64,000 nt of DNA, taken from NCBI GenBank assembly GCA_963848305.1, contig CAWKDC010000001.1, positions 288,001 to 352,000 on the forward strand. Reading direction: 5' to 3'. The notes below the pieces were generated by a model. The model had not been told where the DNA came from, ran no database searches, and worked only from the letters and a program-made list of their open reading frames with translations. A program made the translations under genes and the position numbers. Origin of the DNA: an uncultured Gammaproteobacteria bacterium (lineage in GTDB: Bacteria; Pseudomonadota; Gammaproteobacteria; JABCZS01). Every line of letters starts with the position of its first letter. Position 1 is the stretch's first letter. Of the stretch, positions 58,620 to 64,000 are shown piece after piece.

Positions 58620-59829
58620 TCCGCCCCCTGATCAGATCTTGCATGTAATCTTTAACCTGAGGATCTTTTATTTTCTCCAACAAACTCACCACATGAGCAA
58701 GCTCAAGCATGGATTGCGCTTGTGATTCTTCAATACCCCGAGAGACCAGATAAAACAACGCGTCACGATTTAATGAACCAACAGTCGCGCCGTGACGACA
58801 TTGTACATCATCGCAATCAATTTCCAGCTCGGGTTTTGCATCTATACGTGCTCGTCTTGATAAGAGCAATCCATGATGGGATTGTTCCGATAATGAATGA
58901 TGAGAATGCCTCGGAACCCTTACGCGGGCATTAAACACAGCTCTTGCGTCTCCATCAACACAGCCTTTCACATGTTGCTCTGATCTGCAATGTGGACTGA
59001 TATGATCAGCATTTAAATGATAATCGACGTGCTGTTGACCATCAACATGGTATATGCCGCATACTTGAGATTCCGCTTGAGTTCCTTGATAGCATATGTC
59101 TACATCCATGCGAGCCAACTTCGCCCCCAATGACATAGAATGAACATTCAAAACAGCATGATCAGACAGGAAAGCAGATAATCGCTCAATGTGAAATGCT
59201 GCTCGAGAATGTGTCTGAAGATGGTAAATATTGACCTCTGATGATTCTCCCGAATCTATATGCATGTCATTATTAGACAAATAAGAGCATTCAGTTTGCC
59301 CAACAAAGCGACAGATGAAATTAACTTTCGATTGCTTGCCTATGCTGAGATTCAGACGCATATGCGTCGCACAATCTTTTGCAATATCCGTGAAGAGAAA
59401 AACACAATCAATAGGTTTGTCAATCGAGATATTATCGACAACAGCTATGCGCAAACTTTCCGCACTGGCCGCAGCACTCATCAATGAAAAGGCATGAGAA
59501 GGTACTGACTGAAGCGACATATTTTCAACGCTAACACCCTCAGGCAATCGGCTGATGGCTCGCATAAAATATCCATTCACAAACACACATTGACCAGCTG
59601 TCTCGAAGGGCAATGCGGGAACAACGGAATCATCAGCTGATGACTTCTCAGCCGTTAGAAATAGAAACTGATCAAGTTCACGCAATGAAGTATATTTCCA
59701 CTGTTCATGCTTTATCGTTGGCAATCCTGACGCATGAAATTGCTCAAACGCAGATTGACGCATTGAGGCTGACTCAGGGAATACAGCACATTGTGTTAGA
59801 ACTTGTTGTCTGATCCGATCAATGATCAT
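58612..59829 (-). CDS. sufD: Fe-S assembly protein SufD
   Basis: EQWKYT, AKPELEIDCDDVQCRHGATVG, LFYLVSRGI. Confidence 0.93.
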   Translation of the reverse strand: MIIDRIRQQVLTQCAVFPESASMRQSAFEQFHASGLPTIKHEQWKYTSLRELDQFLFLTAEKSSADDSVVPALPFETAGQCVFVNGYFMRAISRLPEGVSVENMSLQSVPSHAFSLMSAAASAESLRIAVVDNISIDKPIDCVFLFTDIAKDCATHMRLNLSIGKQSKVNFICRFVGQTECSYLSNNDMHIDSGESSEVNIYHLQTHSRAAFHIERLSAFLSDHAVLNVHSMSLGAKLARMDVDICYQGTQAESQVCGIYHVDGQQHVDYHLNADHISPHCRSEQHVKGCVDGDARAVFNARVRVPRHSHHSLSEQSHHGLLLSRRARIDAKPELEIDCDDVQCRHGATVGSLNRDALFYLVSRGIEESQAQSMLELAHVVSLLEKIKDPQVKDYMQDLIRGRNG

Positions 59830-60583
59830 ACGCGCTCCGCTTGTTCTTGTTCAATCCAGGCATAGCCTGTCTTTTCGAGCTCCAAAGCCAATGATTTGTC
59901 CCCGGATTTAATGATCTTGCCATCTGAAAAAACGTGAATATAATCAGGCACAATATGATTCAATAAACGCTGATAATGCGTAACCAATAAAAATGAATGA
60001 GATGCATCCCTCATGAGATTCACACCCTTTGCCACCGATTGCAATGCATCAATATCTAATCCAGAATCAATTTCATCTAAAATTGACAACGCAGGATCTA
60101 AAACAAGCATTTGCAGAATTTCATTTCTTTTCTTTTCTCCACCCGAAAATCCTTCATTCACATTTCGGTACAACAAGGCTTCCGGCATATCCAATTGTTT
60201 CAGCTTTGCTTTAACATTTTTCAAAAAATCAATTGCATCCATCTCTGGCAAACCCAATGCCTTTCGCTTTGTATTGAGTGCCGCTTTCATAAAATTCACA
60301 TTGCTCACGCCGGGGATTTCCACAGGATATTGCATGGCTAAAAATATGCCTTTCTGAGCTCGCTCGTTCGGCGGCAATAAATGAATAGGCTCACCGTTCA
60401 GCCAAATCTCACCTTCCGTTAATTCGTAACCGGGACGCCCGGCAAGAATATTTGAAAACGTAGATTTACCTGAACCATTTGGCCCATGATTGCATGCACT
60501 TCTCCCGTATGAATGGTCAAGTCAAAACCTTTCAGAATGGCCTTTCCTTGAATAGATGCATGTAAATTTTTAACGACCAGCAT
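59826..60583 (-). CDS. sufC: Fe-S assembly ATPase SufC; one base missing near 60481 in Walker A
   Basis: MLVVKNLHASI...HAIMG then shifted PNGSGKST; FSGGEKKRNE, LDEIDSGLD. Confidence 0.92.
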
Positions 60584-60602
60584 TTTAACTCCCACTGTTT
60601 AA

Positions 60603-62033
60603 TTAACCCACGGAACCTTCCAAACTGACTTCGAGCAATTTTCTTGCTTCAACAGCAAATTCCATGGGAAGTTCTTTGAATACTTCTTTGCAAAATCCAT
60701 TCACAATCATGGAAACTGCATTTTCCTGATCTAAACCTCGACTCATACAATAAAACAATTGATCATCACTGATCCGCGTTGTTGCAGCCTCATGACCTAA
60801 TTCTGCAGTTTGATTAGACACTTCGGTATAAGGAAATGTATAAGCACCACATTGATCACCAATTAAAAGGGAATCACATTGCGTAAAGTTTTTTGCATTT
60901 TCAGCTGTCGGCGCAATACGGACCAATCCACGATAACTGTTTTTCCCTCGACCTGCTGAAATACCTTTTGATACAATTGTACTTGTCGTGTTTTTACCGA
61001 GATGAATCATTTTTGTGCCAGTATCTGCTTGTTGCGCATGGTTAGCCAACGCAACAGAATAGAATTCACCGACACTGGATTCTCCTCGCAATATACAGCT
61101 TGGATATTTCCATGTAATGGCTGATCCTGTTTCAATTTGTGTCCAAGCAATTTTTGAACGTGCACCTCGACAGTCGCCACGTTTTGTGACGAAATTGTAA
61201 ATACCGCCCTTTCCTTCTTTATCACCTGGATACCAATTTTGCACAGTTGAATATTTTATTTGAGCATCTGTCATGGCAACCAATTCAACGACTGCTGCAT
61301 GAAGCTGATTCTCATCCCGCATCGGTGCCGTGCACCCTTCCAAATAGCTGACATAGCTACCTTCTTCAGCGATGATCAAAGTTCTTTCAAATTGTCCTGT
61401 TTTGGCGGCATTGATCCTGAAATAAGTTGACAATTCCATGGGGCATCGAACGCCTTTGGGAATATAAACAAATGAACCATCACTGAAGACTGCCGAATTC
61501 AGTGCTGCGTAGTAATTATCAGCATATGGAACGACAGTACCCAAATATTGCTGGATAAGCTCAGGGTGTGTTTCAAGCGCTTCTGAAAATGGGCAAAAAA
61601 TCACGCCGTGTGCTTTTAATTTTTCTTTGAAAGTGGTTGCAACAGATACACTATCGAACACAGCATCTACAGCCACATTTGCTAACATTTCTTGTTCGCG
61701 TAATGGGATACCTAATTTTTCATAGGTGCGCAATAATTCTGGATCGACTTCAGATAAACTTTTCGGACGATTTTCATTGGATTTTGGCGCTGAATAATAG
61801 CTGATTTCTTGAAAATCAATTGGCTGATAATTCACATTGGGCCATTTGGGTTCTGTCATGGTTAGCCAATGCGCATAGGCTTTCAATCGCCATGCCAACA
61901 TAAACTCTGGTTCATTTTTTTTCTTTGAAATAGCGCGGATCACCTCTTCATTCAGCCCAGGTGGCAAGCTGTCGGAAGCAATGTCGGTCACAAAACCATG
62001 CTGGTATTCTTGTGTGGTGAATGCTTCAATCAT
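60603..62033 (-). CDS. sufB: Fe-S assembly protein SufB
   Basis: [50 protein letters not shown]. Confidence 0.97.
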   Translation of the reverse strand: MIEAFTTQEYQHGFVTDIASDSLPPGLNEEVIRAISKKKNEPEFMLAWRLKAYAHWLTMTEPKWPNVNYQPIDFQEISYYSAPKSNENRPKSLSEVDPELLRTYEKLGIPLREQEMLANVAVDAVFDSVSVATTFKEKLKAHGVIFCPFSEALETHPELIQQYLGTVVPYADNYYAALNSAVFSDGSFVYIPKGVRCPMELSTYFRINAAKTGQFERTLIIAEEGSYVSYLEGCTAPMRDENQLHAAVVELVAMTDAQIKYSTVQNWYPGDKEGKGGIYNFVTKRGDCRGARSKIAWTQIETGSAITWKYPSCILRGESSVGEFYSVALANHAQQADTGTKMIHLGKNTTSTIVSKGISAGRGKNSYRGLVRIAPTAENAKNFTQCDSLLIGDQCGAYTFPYTEVSNQTAELGHEAATTRISDDQLFYCMSRGLDQENAVSMIVNGFCKEVFKELPMEFAVEARKLLEVSLEGSVG

Positions 62034-62505
62034 GATACGGCGCCTCTTCGCAAGCTGTTGAGTATATCGGCTGGTCGAATAATAAAAGGGTTGTTTTCTG
62101 GGGATACCAGTAAATCTGCCAACGTGACCTCACTCAAGGCAGCCATCACCACATCGTTAATGCGCTGCCAATGCCCCTGCACCTGGCAATCATGGGCCTG
62201 AGTACAGTTATGGCCCCGCATGGCACATTCCGTCAGGCCACAGGGCCTTCCATTGCAACCAGGATATCTGCCAGGGAAATGCCTGTCGGATCTTTCAATA
62301 ATCGGTAGCCGCCTTCTGCCCCGCGGGTGGCGAGCACAATATGGCGTGCTGAAAGCATTTTTAAAATCTTGCTCGTGGTCGCCTGGCCGATTTTCATGAT
62401 ATCTGACAATGACTTAGCGCTGAAAACCTGTTCAGGTGCGCCCGCCATGTGAGTTAATAATTGTGTAGAATAATCGGTTAATCGTGTGATTCGAAGCATA
62501 AACAT
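62030..62505 (-). CDS. Rrf2-family SUF regulator; one base missing near 62237
   Basis: [25 protein letters not shown] then shifted [11 protein letters not shown]...C...WQRIN (three Cys ligands). Confidence 0.88.
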
Positions 62506-62621
62506 CTCATAGGTAACAACCAGGCCCTATATTAGTACTAATTCAGTACAGAATCAAGCCCCCTAGCGCAAGTTTAAAAAACCTGATAGTCTATCTGCGG
62601 TTATCCATTTTTGAACAGGGA

Positions 62622-63947
62622 GTGTTTCATATGATCTACTATCGTACCCCATCTCGCCTCGCCACCCTATGGGCTGCAGGCACCCTTCTCGCTTTCTCAC
62701 AAACCGCTCTTTCTTCTGGTTTTATGCTCCACGAGCAAAATGCATCGGGGCTGGGTGAATTTTATGCTGGCGCAGGAGCCATTGCTGAAGATGCCAGCAC
62801 GAACTACTACAACCCAGCGGGTTTAACATTATTACCGGGCACGCAAATTGTGGTCAGTGGTGTTTGGGTTAATACCAACTTTAACTTTGATGGAACCGTC
62901 ACAACAGGTCCATACGAGGCTTCTGGCAAAGCAGAAGGCGGGACAGGTCGTACCATACCGGCCATCCATATTTCTCATCAATTCAATGATAAAATAGCGG
63001 CCGGGATCAGTTTCACGGTTCCTTTTGGCCTGGCCACACACTATCCTGAAGATTCTATTGTGCGTTATCAAGCCATTTTGTCTGATCTGAAAACCTACAA
63101 CATCGGGCCTAGCCTTGCCTATCGTGTGGTGCCCTGGTTGTCATTAGGTGTTGGCTTTGATGCTGAGTATGCGACAGTGGATATTACTACTGCTACCAAT
63201 TACCACGTAGGCTATATCCCTAACACTGAGACAGACGCCTTTTCAGAAAACACAGCAAACTCCTGGGCCTGGGGTTGGCATGCCGGTGCATTGGCCATCA
63301 TTGACGAGAAATCACGTGTCGGTCTTAACTTCCGTTCGCATTTTGACCATGATTTCGAAGGCGATAGCATTTACACAGATCCTACCTATGGCCAAGCCAG
63401 CAGTGATGTCAGCGGTAACATTAATTTCCCCTGGATGATTGATTTGGCGGGTGTACATGTATTTGATGATAAGTGGACTGTCTTGGGCACGGTGAGCTAC
63501 ATTCACTGGTCAACTGTATCTCAACTGGAACTGGAAAATGTGTCGGTGGTTTTGCCGATTGCTGAACCGCCTGTCCATGTCACTGGTACCAGTGTTGATG
63601 AATTAAACTTCAAAAACAGTTGGGGCGCCTTTGCAGGGTTACGGTATCAAATCAACCCCACGGTGATGGTGAAAGTCGGTGGAGGGTTTGATCAATCTCC
63701 CACTGTCGATGCAGACAGAGATCTACGCTTACCAGATTCCAATCGTTGGATCGCAAGTACAGGTATTCGCGTGATGCCGCAGCAAATCAAATGGCTCAGC
63801 GCCGACCTAGCGTACGCGCATATTTGGGCAGTCAATGCACCGATTGACAAGGATCTTTCTTCAGAAACCAATCCAGTCAATACCGCCATTGGCAATGTGA
63901 CCACACATGCGGACTTGGTGGGTGTGCAGCTCACTGTGAAGATCTAA
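62622..63947 (+). CDS. fadL: Long-chain fatty acid outer-membrane transporter (OmpP1/FadL/TodX)
   Basis: SGFMLHEQNASGLG, AEDASTNYYNPAGL, PFGLAT.Y, RLPDSNR. Confidence 0.9.
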   Translation: MFHMIYYRTPSRLATLWAAGTLLAFSQTALSSGFMLHEQNASGLGEFYAGAGAIAEDASTNYYNPAGLTLLPGTQIVVSGVWVNTNFNFDGTVTTGPYEASGKAEGGTGRTIPAIHISHQFNDKIAAGISFTVPFGLATHYPEDSIVRYQAILSDLKTYNIGPSLAYRVVPWLSLGVGFDAEYATVDITTATNYHVGYIPNTETDAFSENTANSWAWGWHAGALAIIDEKSRVGLNFRSHFDHDFEGDSIYTDPTYGQASSDVSGNINFPWMIDLAGVHVFDDKWTVLGTVSYIHWSTVSQLELENVSVVLPIAEPPVHVTGTSVDELNFKNSWGAFAGLRYQINPTVMVKVGGGFDQSPTVDADRDLRLPDSNRWIASTGIRVMPQQIKWLSADLAYAHIWAVNAPIDKDLSSETNPVNTAIGNVTTHADLVGVQLTVKI

Positions 63948-63954
63948 AGGGGTG

Positions 63955-63980
63955 GAGGGGTGCACATGGCTGCACCCCTC
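63955..63980 (+). other. GC-rich hairpin after fadL (no U-tract)
   Basis: GAGGGGTGCA-catggc-TGCACCCCTC. Confidence 0.55.
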
Positions 63981-64000
63981 TACAGCTAACGATGCAATGA

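Noticed and set aside
59826-62505. Genuine pseudogenisation or programmed frameshifting of sufC and the Rrf2 regulator
   Set aside because: Both halves are fully conserved, there is no slippery heptamer, and the breaks share the GGCCC context of other likely errors

Overview
Chromosomal window from a moderately AT-rich gammaproteobacterium. Gene content (Rrf2-sufBCDSUT-hpt block, extended UmuD, small ankyrin protein) suggests a Legionellales/Coxiellales-like organism; this is inference. Housekeeping and signalling genes: ompR/envZ-type pair, a cpdA/FecR/CHASE2 adenylate cyclase module, mfd, a NitT/TauT ABC transporter, rlmN, umuDC, suf, hpt, fadL. Two accessory loci stand out. (1) 13.0-21.0 kb: an operon with homologues of the Campylobacter phosphoramidate enzymes Cj1418/Cj1417/Cj1416, but lacking the rest of the MeOPN pathway. 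It has instead a TagF-like transferase, an LtaS/EptA-like membrane phosphotransferase, a short YidC paralogue and a small YIDPGSGS membrane peptide. (2) 29.7-55.4 kb: a surface-structure island. An archaic (Csu-type) chaperone-usher operon is interrupted by a ~3,160-aa inverse-autotransporter-like protein with ~31 IPT/TIG domains. Its C-terminal tip domain is homologous to the N-terminal domain of four tandem secreted beta-propeller proteins encoded divergently, suggesting a stalk with interchangeable tips. At least seven genes carry small frameshifts, five of them at GGCCC/GGGCC, most likely methylation-linked long-read errors. No rRNA, tRNA, CRISPR array or transposase was recognised.
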